A stretch of DNA of 64,000 bases, from contig CAVZTF010000005.1 of NCBI GenBank assembly GCA_963778185.1, positions 16,227-80,226 on the forward strand, read 5' to 3'. The notes beneath the pieces are model-generated. The model saw nothing but the letters and a program-made list of their open reading frames with translations. It searched no databases and was not told the DNA's origin. Position numbers and translations under genes: made by a program. This document shows, one piece after another, positions 40,636-50,581 of this stretch (its first letter is position 1; each line of letters opens with the position of its first letter). This DNA is from an uncultured Gammaproteobacteria bacterium. Its GTDB lineage: Bacteria > Pseudomonadota > Gammaproteobacteria > Steroidobacterales > Steroidobacteraceae.

Positions 40636-41718
40636 TCAAGCCGCCGCAGGCCCCCTGGCGAACCGGGGCGCACCCCGCAAGCGCTGGTCGAGCGACTGCA
40701 GCAGCCCCTCGGTCGTTTCCCAGTCGATGCAGGCATCGGTGATCGACACGCCGTACTGCAACTGCGCCAGGTCCGCGGGGATCGACTGCTGGCCCCAGTG
40801 CAGGTTGCTCTCGAGCATCATGCCCGCGATGGAGCGATTGCCCTCGAGGATCTGGTTCGCCACGTTCTCGGCGACCAGCGACTGCAGGCCCGGGTCCTTG
40901 CTCGAATTGCCGTGGCTGCAGTCGATGACGATGCCGCCGGGCAGCCCCGCCTTCTCGAGCTCGCGCTCGCAGAGGGCGATGCTCACGGAATCGTAGTTCG
41001 GGCGGCCGCCGCCGCCGCGCAGCACGATGTGGCCGTAGCGGTTGCCGCGCGTGCGGAACACCGCGGACTGTCCCTGCTGCGTGATGCCGAGGAAGTGGTG
41101 CGGATGACGCGCCGACTGCAGCGCGTTGATGGCCACGGCCAGCGAACCGTCCGTGCCGTTCTTGAAGCCGACGGGGGTCGACAGCCCGCTCGCCATCTCG
41201 CGGTGCGTCTGCGACTCGGTGGTGCGGGCGCCGATGGCCGTCCAGGTCACGAGGTCCGACAGGTACTGCGGCATGATCGGGTCGAGCGCCTCGGTCGCCG
41301 CGGGCATGCCGATGTCGGCGAGGAACAGCAGCAGCTCCCTGGCGAGCCGGATGCCCTTCTCGACGCGGAACGAATCGTCCATGTCGGGATCGTTGATGAG
41401 CCCCTTCCAGCCGATCGTGGTGCGCGGCTTCTCGAAATAGACCCGCATCAGCACCAGCATCGTCTGCTCGACCTGCCGCGCGAGCCCGGCGAGGCGCGTC
41501 GCATACTCGCGGGCGGCGAGCGGGTCGTGGATCGAGCAGGGCCCCACCACCAGGAAGAGCCGTGGATCCTCGCGGTCGAGGATGCGCCGCAGGGTGCTGC
41601 GGCTGTGGAAGACGAACTCCTCGGCGGCCGGCGGCAGCGGCAGCGCCTCCTTGACCTGCTCCGGCGTGGGCAGCAGGTCGCTCGAAACGACGTTGATGTC
41701 TTGCAGACGCTCTTTCAT
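40636..41718 (-). CDS. aroG: 3-deoxy-7-phosphoheptulonate (DAHP) synthase, class I
   Basis: DPRLFLVVGPCSIHD...RVYFEKPRTTIGWKGLINDP...IGARTTESQTHREMASGLS.PVGFKNGTDG. The isozyme (feedback specificity) cannot be determined from the sequence. Confidence 0.9.
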   Translation of the reverse strand: MKERLQDINVVSSDLLPTPEQVKEALPLPPAAEEFVFHSRSTLRRILDREDPRLFLVVGPCSIHDPLAAREYATRLAGLARQVEQTMLVLMRVYFEKPRTTIGWKGLINDPDMDDSFRVEKGIRLARELLLFLADIGMPAATEALDPIMPQYLSDLVTWTAIGARTTESQTHREMASGLSTPVGFKNGTDGSLAVAINALQSARHPHHFLGITQQGQSAVFRTRGNRYGHIVLRGGGGRPNYDSVSIALCERELEKAGLPGGIVIDCSHGNSSKDPGLQSLVAENVANQILEGNRSIAGMMLESNLHWGQQSIPADLAQLQYGVSITDACIDWETTEGLLQSLDQRLRGAPRFARGPAAA

Positions 41719-41763
41719 GGCTGCTCGCGGGTCGATGACGAAACCCGCGCATCTTACACGGCG

Positions 41764-42633
41764 TCACATCGACGTGCGCACGGTCCACAGCTCGGGGAAG
41801 AACCGCAATTCCAGGGCCTTGGCCAGGTAGCTCACGCCGCCGGTCCCGCCGGTGCCGCGCTTGTAGCCGATGATCCGCTCGACCGTCTTCATGTGGCTGA
41901 ACCGCCAGAGCTGGAACTGGTGGTCGAGGTCGACGAGCTTCTCCGCCAGCTCGTAGAGATCCCAATGCTCCTCGGCGTTGCGGTAGACGTGCAGCCAGGC
42001 CGCTGCGACGCCCTCGCTCGCAGCATACGGCTCGCTCCAGTCCCGCTCGAGGCTCGTCGCCGGGATCGCGTAGCCCCGGCGGCCGAGCAGGCGCAGGCAT
42101 TCGTCGTACAGGCCGGGACTGCGCAAGGCCCGGTCGAGCCAGCCGTGGACGGCCGGGTCGCGCCGGTGCACCTCGATCATCGCGGCGTTCTTGTTGCCGA
42201 TGAGGAACTCGAGCATGCGGTACTGGTAGGACTGGAACCCGGACGCACGGCCGAGCTGGTCACGGAAGGCCGAGTACTCCGAGGGAGTCATCGTGGCGAG
42301 CACGTCCCACGACTGCGTGAGCTGCGCCTGCACCCGCGAGACGCGGGCCAGCATCTTGAACGCGGGCCCGAGCACGTCGCGCCGCACGTGGTCGATCGCC
42401 GCGGCGAGTTCGTGGATGCAGAGCTTCATCCACAGCTCGGACGCCTGGTGGATGACGATGAACAGCATCTCGTCGTGTTCCTGCGATGCCGGCCGCTGCG
42501 CGTCGAGCAGCCGGTCGAGACGCAGGTATTCGCCATAGCTCAGCGACTCGCCGAGGTCCCAGTAGACGCCCTCGCCCGCCACGTCGACATGGGGGCCGGG
42601 GGCGGCCGGCCGGAGATCGTCGCGCTCGCCCAT
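41764..42633 (-). CDS. kynA: Tryptophan 2,3-dioxygenase
   Basis: LSYGEYLRLDRLLDAQRPASQEHDEMLFIVIHQASELWMKL...SGFQSYQYRMLEFLIGNKN...GTGGTGGVSYL. Confidence 0.9.
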   Translation of the reverse strand: MGERDDLRPAAPGPHVDVAGEGVYWDLGESLSYGEYLRLDRLLDAQRPASQEHDEMLFIVIHQASELWMKLCIHELAAAIDHVRRDVLGPAFKMLARVSRVQAQLTQSWDVLATMTPSEYSAFRDQLGRASGFQSYQYRMLEFLIGNKNAAMIEVHRRDPAVHGWLDRALRSPGLYDECLRLLGRRGYAIPATSLERDWSEPYAASEGVAAAWLHVYRNAEEHWDLYELAEKLVDLDHQFQLWRFSHMKTVERIIGYKRGTGGTGGVSYLAKALELRFFPELWTVRTSM

Positions 42634-43376
42634 CAGGTGAAGACCCAGACCGGCACGTGCTGCCAGCCCCTGAGCAGTTCGGCATCGAGCGTGCGCCAGC
42701 GTGGCTCGAGCGTCTCGACCAGGCCCCAGAACCGCGGCGAATGGTTCATGTGCCGGCGGTGGCAGAGCTCGTGGAGCATGAGATAGCGCACCACGTCCGG
42801 CGGCTGGAACACCAGGCACAGGTTGAGACTGATGGTTCCCGTCGAGGAGCAGCTGCCCCAGCGCGTACGCTGGCGACGCAGCAGCATGCGCGAGTATCCG
42901 ATGCCGGTGTCGCGGGACAGCGAGTCGAGCCTCGTTCGCAGCTCCACGGCCGCGAGGCGACCGAGCCACTTGAGCAGCGCCTGGCCCACGTGGCGGTCGG
43001 TCGATCCGGCCGTGCGGACCGTCAGCACGCCCTGCCCGTCATCGCTCACCCCAGCGCGGGCGCCGGCGACGTATTGAACCTGCCAGTGCCGCTCGAGCAG
43101 CGGAAGGTCGATCGACGACGGGCGCCGGTCCACGACGTGCGGGGCCTGCAGCGAGTACTCCCGTGAGCGCCGCTCGGCCCATTCGCGATGGCGCGCCACG
43201 AATCGCTCCACGGCCGGAATGCCCACGCCCGGGGGCACCACGACTTCGACCCGCCCGCCGGGAAACACGCGCATGGACAAGCGGCGGGCCCGCCGGCTGA
43301 TGCGCACGTTCCAGCCCGGCGCCGACTCGCGCGGCGACCACAGCGACAGCTGCAGCGGACTGCTGCGGTTGCTCAT
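42633..43376 (-). CDS. YgjP-like (DUF45) metal-dependent hydrolase
   Basis: RWGSCSSTGTISLNLCLVFQPPDVVRYLMLHELCHRRHMNHSPRFW. Confidence 0.8.
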   Translation of the reverse strand: MSNRSSPLQLSLWSPRESAPGWNVRISRRARRLSMRVFPGGRVEVVVPPGVGIPAVERFVARHREWAERRSREYSLQAPHVVDRRPSSIDLPLLERHWQVQYVAGARAGVSDDGQGVLTVRTAGSTDRHVGQALLKWLGRLAAVELRTRLDSLSRDTGIGYSRMLLRRQRTRWGSCSSTGTISLNLCLVFQPPDVVRYLMLHELCHRRHMNHSPRFWGLVETLEPRWRTLDAELLRGWQHVPVWVFT

Positions 43377-43379
43377 CCC

Positions 43380-44576
43380 CTAGAGCTCCCTCAGGCCCGC
43401 CGTCACCGGCATTCGCGCCGCGCGCACTCCCGGCAGCAGGCCTCCGACGAGGCCGAGTATGAGGGAATAGGCGAGACCCGTCATCAGCAGGCCCGGCGTC
43501 ACGGTGAACGCGAAGGTGATCTGGCTGAAGCTCGCCCAGTTGAGCGTCGAGGACTGGTAGCCGTTCAGGCCGAAGTACACCAGCGCGCCGCCGACGATGC
43601 CGCCCAGCAGGCCGAGCACGACCGCCTCGAGCAGCACCGAGGCCACCACCGGCGTGGCGCCGAAGCCGAGCGCGCGCAGCGTCGCGATCTCGCGCGTCCG
43701 CGAGGACACGGCGGAGTACATCGTATTGAGTGCCGCGAACATCGCACCGATGCCCATCAGCAGCGCGATCGTCGTGCCCACGTAGCGGATCATGATGATC
43801 AGGATCCGCGACTGGTCCGCGTAGAACTCGCGCTCGCTGCGCGCGGTGACGTTCACGCGCGGGTCGTTGCCCAGCGTCGTCTTGAGGGCGGCCAGCGCCT
43901 CGGGCGAAGTGAGCTGCGCGCGGATCACCTGCACCGAGTTGCCGCGCCGATACACGCCCTGCAGCACGGTGAGGTCGGTCCAGACTTCCGATTCCGACAC
44001 GCTGCCGCCGGCCTCGAACACCCCGACCACCCGCCAGTCCTGCGAGCCCCAGGTGACCACCCGTCCCAGGTCGACGTTGCCGAACTGGGCGAACACCCCG
44101 CGCCCCACGATCACCTCGTCCTTGCCTGGCTCGAACATGCGGCCGGCCACGATGCGAAAGCCATGGCGGATCGCGGGCGCGCGCGCTGTCACGCCGCGGA
44201 ACGGGACGTTGCCCGCGGTGCCGGTGCTCAGCATCGGCAGGTCCACGATGGTGTAGAGCTCGGGCGATGCGATCGGACCGCGTGCGTCCCGCGCAATGCC
44301 GGGCGCGGACACCACCACGTTCACGTCTTCGCGGCCGAACGAGCTCGACAGTTCGTCGGGCGACCCGCCGCGCAGGATGACCGCCACGTCGTCCCGCCCG
44401 GAGAGGTCGAGCGCCGCGCGAAACCCCTCGCCCATCGACAGCAGCGACACCAGGACCGCGACGACGCCGCCGATGCCGATGACCGCGACCAGCGACGTGC
44501 CGGCGCGCGCCGGCAGGTTGCGCAGGTTCATCGCGGTGATCGCGACGAGTTGATTGAGCCAGCGTGCGTTCGTCAT
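43380..44576 (-). CDS. ABC transporter permease (FtsX/MacB type)
   Basis: N-terminal TM helix, a large periplasmic domain, and a C-terminal FtsX 3-TM bundle (SSRTREIATLRALGFG...). Confidence 0.85.
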   Translation of the reverse strand: MTNARWLNQLVAITAMNLRNLPARAGTSLVAVIGIGGVVAVLVSLLSMGEGFRAALDLSGRDDVAVILRGGSPDELSSSFGREDVNVVVSAPGIARDARGPIASPELYTIVDLPMLSTGTAGNVPFRGVTARAPAIRHGFRIVAGRMFEPGKDEVIVGRGVFAQFGNVDLGRVVTWGSQDWRVVGVFEAGGSVSESEVWTDLTVLQGVYRRGNSVQVIRAQLTSPEALAALKTTLGNDPRVNVTARSEREFYADQSRILIIMIRYVGTTIALLMGIGAMFAALNTMYSAVSSRTREIATLRALGFGATPVVASVLLEAVVLGLLGGIVGGALVYFGLNGYQSSTLNWASFSQITFAFTVTPGLLMTGLAYSLILGLVGGLLPGVRAARMPVTAGLREL

Positions 44577-44578
44577 GC

Positions 44579-45739
44579 TCAGTCGAGTCGCAGCGCCTCC
44601 ACGATCCGCAACCTCATGGCCTGCGCCGCGGGCACCGCCCCGGCGGCGAGCCCGAGGCCCAGCATGTACACGCCTCCCATCACCATCGAATCGCGCGGCA
44701 GCTGGAACCCCGGCAGGTACTGGCGGAACACCGGCTCGAACTGCACGCCGAGCCACGCGGCGCCCGCGAGCCCGATGACGCCGCCCAGCACCGTCACGAG
44801 CACCGATTCCGACAGCACGAGCCCGAGCACGCCGCCGTTCGTGAAGCCGAGCGTCTTGAGCACGCCGATCTCGTTGGTGCGCTCGCGGACCGACTGCGCC
44901 ATGGTGTTCGCGGTCACGAGCAGCATCGTGAAGAACACCGCGCCGACGATCGCGCGCAGCATCGCCCCGATGTTGCCGATCTGGTTGACGAAGGACTGCG
45001 CCATCGCGCGCTCGGAGGAGGTCTTGGTTTCCGCCGGCGAGTTGGCGAACTGCAGGTCGATCTGGCGCGAGACGGAGGCGGCGCGCTCGACGGAGTCGAC
45101 CTTGACGACGTACCAGCCGATGAGACCCTTGGCCTGCGCCTTGGCCTCCTCGAAATAGTCCTGGTGCATGATCAGCTGGCGCGTGTCCCCGCCCTGCGGC
45201 AGGTCGTAGATGGCGCGCACGGTGACCTCCCAGGCGTCGCTGCCGTCCTCCCGGCGCCAGATCGCCGAGCGCAGCGGCACGGCGTCGCCCACCTTCCACC
45301 CATAGAGGTCCGCGAGGCCGCGCCCGATCAGGATACCGCCGCGGTCGGCGAGCCACGCGAGGCGGTCCTGCTCCGCGATGACGTACTCGGGGTACATGCG
45401 CAGGAACGGCTCGGGCTTGGACGGGAAGGCCGGGATCTGGTTGCGCTCGTCGCGGAACCAGGCGCCGAACCAGGTCTGCGGCGTGACGTCCACCACGCCG
45501 TCGAGCGCGCGGATGCGGTTCTCGTAGCTCGACGGCAGCAACTGCGTGAAGGACACCTTGTGCATCGTGAGCAGGCGATCCGCCCCGGCGACGTCGACGC
45601 CCGACTGCAGCGCGTAACGCAGCGATTCGGCGAGCCCGAACAGCAGGAAGGCGACCACGATCGAGGCGACGGTGAAGAAGGTGCGCAGCCGCTTGCGCCG
45701 CAGGCTCGCCGCCAGCAGCGGGAGGTACTTGGCGATCAC
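44579..45739 (-). CDS. ABC transporter permease (FtsX/MacB type), second copy
   Basis: Same architecture as the first permease ([16 protein letters not shown]...). The GTG start overlaps the ATPase stop. Confidence 0.85.
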   Translation of the reverse strand: MIAKYLPLLAASLRRKRLRTFFTVASIVVAFLLFGLAESLRYALQSGVDVAGADRLLTMHKVSFTQLLPSSYENRIRALDGVVDVTPQTWFGAWFRDERNQIPAFPSKPEPFLRMYPEYVIAEQDRLAWLADRGGILIGRGLADLYGWKVGDAVPLRSAIWRREDGSDAWEVTVRAIYDLPQGGDTRQLIMHQDYFEEAKAQAKGLIGWYVVKVDSVERAASVSRQIDLQFANSPAETKTSSERAMAQSFVNQIGNIGAMLRAIVGAVFFTMLLVTANTMAQSVRERTNEIGVLKTLGFTNGGVLGLVLSESVLVTVLGGVIGLAGAAWLGVQFEPVFRQYLPGFQLPRDSMVMGGVYMLGLGLAAGAVPAAQAMRLRIVEALRLD

Positions 45740-46425
45740 GCCGCGTCCTCGCGCAGCATCCCCTTGTCGAGGTGGATGGTGCGATGCGCGCGCTCCGCGG
45801 CATGCGGGTCGTGGGTCACCATCACGATCGTCTTGCCGTACTCGCGGTTGAGCGCCTGCAGCAGGTCGAGCACCTCGTCGCCCGACTTGCGGTCGAGATC
45901 GCCGGTGGGCTCGTCGCAGAGCAGCAACGTCGGGTCGGTCACGATCGCCCGCGCGATCCCCACGCGCTGCTCCTGCCCGCCCGAGAGTTCACGCGGACGG
46001 TGCCTGGCGCGGTCGGCGAGCCCGACGAGCGCGAGCGCCGCGGCGACCCGGCGCGCGCGCTGCTCGCGGGTGAGGTCCTTGAGCAACAGCGGCAGCTCGA
46101 CGTTGCGTTCGGCCGTCAGCACCGGCAGCAGGTTGTACATCTGGAACACGAAGCCCACGTGGTCGGCGCGCCAGCGGGACAGCGCGCCGTCGCCGAGCCG
46201 GTCCACGCGCAGCCCTTCGACCTCGAGCTGGCCGGAGGTCGGGCGGTCGATGCCGCCGATCAGGTTGAGCAGCGTCGACTTGCCGGAGCCCGACGGACCC
46301 ATCAACGCGACGAAATCCCCGGCGTCGATGTCGAGCGACAGCCCGTCGAGCACGCGAACGGCTTCCGCCCCGCGCTGGTAGACCTTGACGAGGTCGCGGA
46401 TGCGAATGATCGGCGTCGCCGCCAT
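45736..46425 (-). CDS. ABC transporter ATP-binding protein (MacB/LolD-like)
   Basis: Walker [10 protein letters not shown], signature LSGGQEQR, Walker [13 protein letters not shown]. Confidence 0.92.
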   Translation of the reverse strand: MAATPIIRIRDLVKVYQRGAEAVRVLDGLSLDIDAGDFVALMGPSGSGKSTLLNLIGGIDRPTSGQLEVEGLRVDRLGDGALSRWRADHVGFVFQMYNLLPVLTAERNVELPLLLKDLTREQRARRVAAALALVGLADRARHRPRELSGGQEQRVGIARAIVTDPTLLLCDEPTGDLDRKSGDEVLDLLQALNREYGKTIVMVTHDPHAAERAHRTIHLDKGMLREDAA

Positions 46426-46429
46426 GTGC

Positions 46430-47653
46430 TCACTCGCCCTTGAGTTCGACGGTCGCGCCGTCGCGCAGCCGGCCCGGCGCGTCGACGACCACGGCCTCGC
46501 CCCCCGCGAGCCCCTCGAGCACCGTCACCACGCCGTCCTTCGCGGTGCCGACCTTGACGGCCCGCCGTTCGACGCGGCCGTCCCGGACCACCCAGGCGAA
46601 GGTCGCCGCCTCCTCCCGCACCACGGCCCGTTCCGGCAGGGTCGGGTTGCCGCGCGGTCCGGCGGCCGCCGCCTCCAGGAAGCGCACCTTGATGCCCATG
46701 TCGGGGAGGATGCGCGGGTCGAGTTCCTCGAAGGCGATGCGCACGCGCACGGTCGCCTTCTGCCGGTCGGCCGTCGGCACGATGTTCACCACGTGCCCCG
46801 GGATCGTCCAGTCCGGGTACGCATCGAGCACGGCCTCGACGCGTTGCCCAGCGTGGACGCGGTTGATGTAGGCCTCGTTGACGTCGACCTCGATCTCCCG
46901 CGAATCCATGTCGACGATCGTCGCGATGCCGGTGCGCGTGTAGCCGCCGCCGGCCGACATCGGCGAGACGGTCTCGCCCGGCTGTGCGTCCTTCGAGATC
47001 ACCACGCCGGCGAACGGCGCACGAATGGCGAGGTCGTCGAGCGCCTGCGAGGTGAGCGCCATCTGGCTGCGCGCGACGTCGGCCTCGGCGCGGGACGCCG
47101 AGAGGCGTGCCGCGAGCGCCGCCACCTCCGCCTCGGACGTGTCGAGCACGCTCTGCGACACGAGCTTGCGCTCGACGAGACTCTGGTTGCGCGCCAGCGT
47201 GCGCTTCGCGTCGTCGAGCCGCACCTCGATCTCGCGCAGGTTGCGCCGGGCCGCCTCGAGTCCACTGACGGAGAGTCCGTGCTCGGCGCGCGCCGTGGCC
47301 GGATCGAGCCGGGCAAGCACCTGGCCCTCCTCCACCGCGGCCCCTTCCTCGAACAGGACCTCGGCGATGCGGCCGGTCACCTTGGAGCTGACGGTCGCGA
47401 GACGTCGCGCCACGACGTAGCCGGAAGCATTCAGCACGGCGCCGTCGGTCGCGCCCGCCGGGGCCTCGACCAGCACCGTCTGCACCTCGACGGCCGAGTT
47501 CATGTAGCGCCAGCCGAGCACGGCCAGCACGAGCGCGATTGCGCCCGCGATGATCCAGCGACGATAGCGGCGCGACGGGGAATCCTCGTAGCGACGCGGA
47601 TCCGAGCCGTGCTCGAGGCGCAGACTCTGGAGTGCTTCCTTGTCCAGCGGCAT
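46430..47653 (-). CDS. Periplasmic adaptor (HlyD/MFP family) of the ABC exporter
   Basis: TM anchor, lipoyl-like and coiled-coil segments ([31 protein letters not shown]). It is the first gene of the 4-gene exporter operon. Confidence 0.88.
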   Translation of the reverse strand: MPLDKEALQSLRLEHGSDPRRYEDSPSRRYRRWIIAGAIALVLAVLGWRYMNSAVEVQTVLVEAPAGATDGAVLNASGYVVARRLATVSSKVTGRIAEVLFEEGAAVEEGQVLARLDPATARAEHGLSVSGLEAARRNLREIEVRLDDAKRTLARNQSLVERKLVSQSVLDTSEAEVAALAARLSASRAEADVARSQMALTSQALDDLAIRAPFAGVVISKDAQPGETVSPMSAGGGYTRTGIATIVDMDSREIEVDVNEAYINRVHAGQRVEAVLDAYPDWTIPGHVVNIVPTADRQKATVRVRIAFEELDPRILPDMGIKVRFLEAAAAGPRGNPTLPERAVVREEAATFAWVVRDGRVERRAVKVGTAKDGVVTVLEGLAGGEAVVVDAPGRLRDGATVELKGE

Positions 47654-47725
47654 GGTTACCTGGCGCCTCTCGTTCTTGTTACGCTGCGACGCGAGGCCGC
47701 GCACATTAGCACAGCCCTCGCATCC

Positions 47726-48523
47726 ATGACCCCAGCCCTCGTAGACATCGGCCTCAACCTCGGCCACGACAGCTTCGACCACGACCGCGACGCGGTCGTA
47801 TCGCATGCCCGGGAGGCGGGAGTGAGCCAGATGGTGATCACCGGCAGCACTCTCGCCAGCACCCGGGCCGCGATCGAACTGGCCCGCTCGGACCCCCTGT
47901 CGTTCCGGGCCACCGCCGGCATCCACCCCCACCACGCGCGCGAATTCCACGACCGGGACGTGCCCGAGCTGCGCACGCTGATGCTCGCGCCGGAAGTCGG
48001 CGCCGCGGGCGAATGCGGCCTCGACCATTTCCGCAACTTCTCGCCGCACGAGGACCAGGAACGCGTGTTCCGGGTCCAGCTCGCCCTGGCGGCCGAGCTG
48101 GGCAAGCCCGTCTTCCTGCACCAGCGCGACGCGCACGATGCGTTCGTGGCCATCCTGCGCGAATACCTGCCGCGCCTGCCCGCCGGTGTCGCGCACTGCT
48201 TCACCGGCGAGGAACGCGAGCTGCGTGCCTACCTCGCCCTGGGTCTTTCGATCGGGATCACCGGCTGGATCTGCGACGAGCGGCGCGGGCAGCACCTGCG
48301 GGAGCTGGTCCGCCTCATCCCGCTCGACCGGCTGATGATCGAGACCGACGCGCCCTACCTGCTGCCGCGCGACCTGCAGCCGAAGCCGCAGAGCCGCCGC
48401 AACGAGCCGAAGTACCTGCCGCACATCCTCAAGGCGATCGCCGCCTGCCGGGGCGAGAGCCCTGCGGTCGTCGCGGACGCCACGACCCGCAACGCTCTGG
48501 CATTCTTCGGTTTCGGCCCGTAG
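47726..48523 (+). CDS. tatD: TatD-family metal-dependent hydrolase/DNase
   Basis: LVDIGLNLGHDSFDHDRDAVV...AGIHPHHA...GECGLD...FLHQRDAH...HCFTG...ETDAPYL. Confidence 0.88.
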   Translation: MTPALVDIGLNLGHDSFDHDRDAVVSHAREAGVSQMVITGSTLASTRAAIELARSDPLSFRATAGIHPHHAREFHDRDVPELRTLMLAPEVGAAGECGLDHFRNFSPHEDQERVFRVQLALAAELGKPVFLHQRDAHDAFVAILREYLPRLPAGVAHCFTGEERELRAYLALGLSIGITGWICDERRGQHLRELVRLIPLDRLMIETDAPYLLPRDLQPKPQSRRNEPKYLPHILKAIAACRGESPAVVADATTRNALAFFGFGP

Positions 48524-48590
48524 CGAACCCCGTGCACAGGGTTGCGATTCGACATTAATTTAATTTAATAACTTATTGACTTTTAACGAT

Positions 48591-50000
48591 ATGAATACAC
48601 TCGAGACTCGCGCATTCGTGAACCGGGCATGGGACGACTCGATCCTGCCGCAACTCGTCGAGTACGTGCGCATCCCGAACAAGTCGCCGATGTTCGATCC
48701 CGACTGGGAAGCCCACGGCCACATGGAAGCCGCCGTGCAGCTCATGAAGCGCTGGGTCGAGTCGCAGGCCCTCGAGGGCATGCGCGTGGAAGTCCTGCGC
48801 CTGCCGGGACGCACGCCCGTGCTCATGGTCGACGTGCCCGGCGAGGTCGATGACTGCGTGCTGCTGTACGGCCATCTCGACAAGCAGCCCGAGTTCACCG
48901 GCTGGTCCGAGGGCCTCGAGCCCTGGACCCCCGTACTGCGCGACGGAAAGCTCTACGGTCGCGGCGGCGCCGACGACGGCTACGCGCTGTTCGCATCGCT
49001 CACGGCGATCCGCGCCCTGCAGGAGCAAGGCATTCCCCACGCGCGCTGCGTGATCCTGATCGAGGCCAGCGAGGAGAGCGGCAGTCCCGACCTCGCCCAC
49101 CACATCGATGCGCTGGGCGAGCGGCTCGGGCGGCCCAGCCTCGTCGTGTGCCTCGACGCCGAATGCGGCAACTACGAGCAGCTCTGGTGCACGACCTCGC
49201 TGCGCGGCAACCTGATCGGCGCGCTGCGGGTCGACGTGCTGTCCGAGGGCGTGCATTCGGGCACGGCGAGCGGCGTCGTGCCGTCGAGCTTCCGGGTGCT
49301 GCGTGAACTGCTCGCGCGCGTCGAGGACGCCGGGTCGGGGGCGATCCTGCTCGAGGACTTGAATACGCCCATTCCCGCGGACCGGCGGGTGCAGGCGCAG
49401 GCCGCGGCGTCGGTGCTCGGCACAACGGTGTACGCGAAGTTTCCGCTGCTGCCCGGCATGCGGCCGGTGTCGAACGACCCGTTCGAACTGCTGCTGAACA
49501 ACACCTGGCGGCCGACGCTGAGCGTGACGGGGGCCGACGGCCTGCCGGCTTTCCGCAGTGCGGGCAACGTGCTGCGTCCACAGACGACGCTCAAGTTGTC
49601 GTTCCGCCTGACACCGACGACGGATCCCGCGCAGGCCCTGGCGACGATCCAGCAGGCGCTCGAGCGCGACCCGCCCTACGGCACGCGCGTCAGCTTCAAG
49701 GTCGAATCCGCGATGGGCGGCTGGAACGCGCCGCCGCTCGCCCCGTGGCTCGAGCAGTCGATGCAGGCGGCCTCGCGCGAGTTCTTCGGCCGCGACGCCC
49801 TCTTCATGGGCACCGGCGGCAGCATCCCGTTCATGGGGATGCTCGGGGAGCGCTTCCCGGGCACGCAGTTCCTGGTGACCGGCGTGCTCGGGCCGCAGTC
49901 GAACGCGCATGGCCCGAACGAGTTCCTGCACATCGACACGGCGCGCCGGCTGACGGCCTGCGTGTCGCGCGTGCTCGCGGATCACGCCGCGCGCGGCTAG
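48591..50000 (+). CDS. M20-family metallopeptidase (dipeptidase-like)
   Basis: LYGHLDKQPEFTGW...PWTPVLRDGKLYGRGGADDGYA...IEASEESGS. I prefer the ATG at 48591 over the TTG at 48576. An AT-rich tract (48551-48590) lies immediately upstream. Confidence 0.8.
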   Translation: MNTLETRAFVNRAWDDSILPQLVEYVRIPNKSPMFDPDWEAHGHMEAAVQLMKRWVESQALEGMRVEVLRLPGRTPVLMVDVPGEVDDCVLLYGHLDKQPEFTGWSEGLEPWTPVLRDGKLYGRGGADDGYALFASLTAIRALQEQGIPHARCVILIEASEESGSPDLAHHIDALGERLGRPSLVVCLDAECGNYEQLWCTTSLRGNLIGALRVDVLSEGVHSGTASGVVPSSFRVLRELLARVEDAGSGAILLEDLNTPIPADRRVQAQAAASVLGTTVYAKFPLLPGMRPVSNDPFELLLNNTWRPTLSVTGADGLPAFRSAGNVLRPQTTLKLSFRLTPTTDPAQALATIQQALERDPPYGTRVSFKVESAMGGWNAPPLAPWLEQSMQAASREFFGRDALFMGTGGSIPFMGMLGERFPGTQFLVTGVLGPQSNAHGPNEFLHIDTARRLTACVSRVLADHAARG

Positions 50001-50581
50001 CGCGCGAGCGGGTTCGGCTGGGCCGCCTGCTTGACCTGCTCCCAGGTGGGGGCGAAGGCCGCGGCGACGCCCCCGGGTGTGCGCTCGACCGGCGGGAACT
50101 CGTCCTGCAGGGCGTCGAGGCGCAGCACCGGATCCGGCCGCCCCTTCGGAAATTCCCCGCGCATCGAGAAGAGGATGCGCCCCTCGACCGGCATGTCGCC
50201 CGCGAGGTGCCGCACGGCTGCCACGCGGTCGTAGAGCATCGGCAGCGGATTGCTGAAGGTGAAGTGGCGCTTGGGTCCGAAGACCGACCACTGCTCCATC
50301 TTCTCGCCGGCGAAGACCACGCCGGCGACGTCGAAGAGGTCGATCACCAGCAGGCCGCGCTGCGTGAGCAGCAGGTAATTGACGTGGACCTGCTCGCCGC
50401 CGCCGGTCGGCAGCAGCACGTTGCGCAGTTCGTCGTACGCCACCGAGGAAATCACGTTGTCGATCGCGCGCTGCGCGCGCATCTGCCGGATGCGGATGAG
50501 CACCAGGTAGGCGACACCCGCCAGGGCGGCCAGGCCGAACAGCACCCACAGCCACAGGGGCAGGCCGAGAAACGTGTTCAT
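49997..50581 (-). CDS. Membrane-anchored NERD-like domain protein
   Basis: N-terminal TM helix, then VHVNYLLLTQRGLLVIDLFDVAGVVFAGEKMEQWSV...FSNPLPMLYDRVAAVRHL, which follows the NERD pattern but with degenerate acidic/lysine positions. ATGA overlap with the thrC stop. Confidence 0.5.
   Translation of the reverse strand: MNTFLGLPLWLWVLFGLAALAGVAYLVLIRIRQMRAQRAIDNVISSVAYDELRNVLLPTGGGEQVHVNYLLLTQRGLLVIDLFDVAGVVFAGEKMEQWSVFGPKRHFTFSNPLPMLYDRVAAVRHLAGDMPVEGRILFSMRGEFPKGRPDPVLRLDALQDEFPPVERTPGGVAAAFAPTWEQVKQAAQPNPLAR

Noticed and set aside
40163-40742. Repeated peptide strings (..APWTARPEPP.., ..PEDPPAGTRR..) in several track ORFs.
   Set aside because: They are translations of the two palindromic elements in both orientations, with no start or Shine-Dalgarno context. 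The repeat is a DNA/RNA-level structure, not a coding one.
48551-48590. AT-rich tract (ATTAATTTAATTTAATAACTTATTGACTTTTAACGAT) upstream of the M20 peptidase gene as a defined promoter or operator.
   Set aside because: It is probably a promoter or UP-element region, but I could not place a -35/-10 pair with acceptable spacing. It is noted only in the M20 feature evidence.
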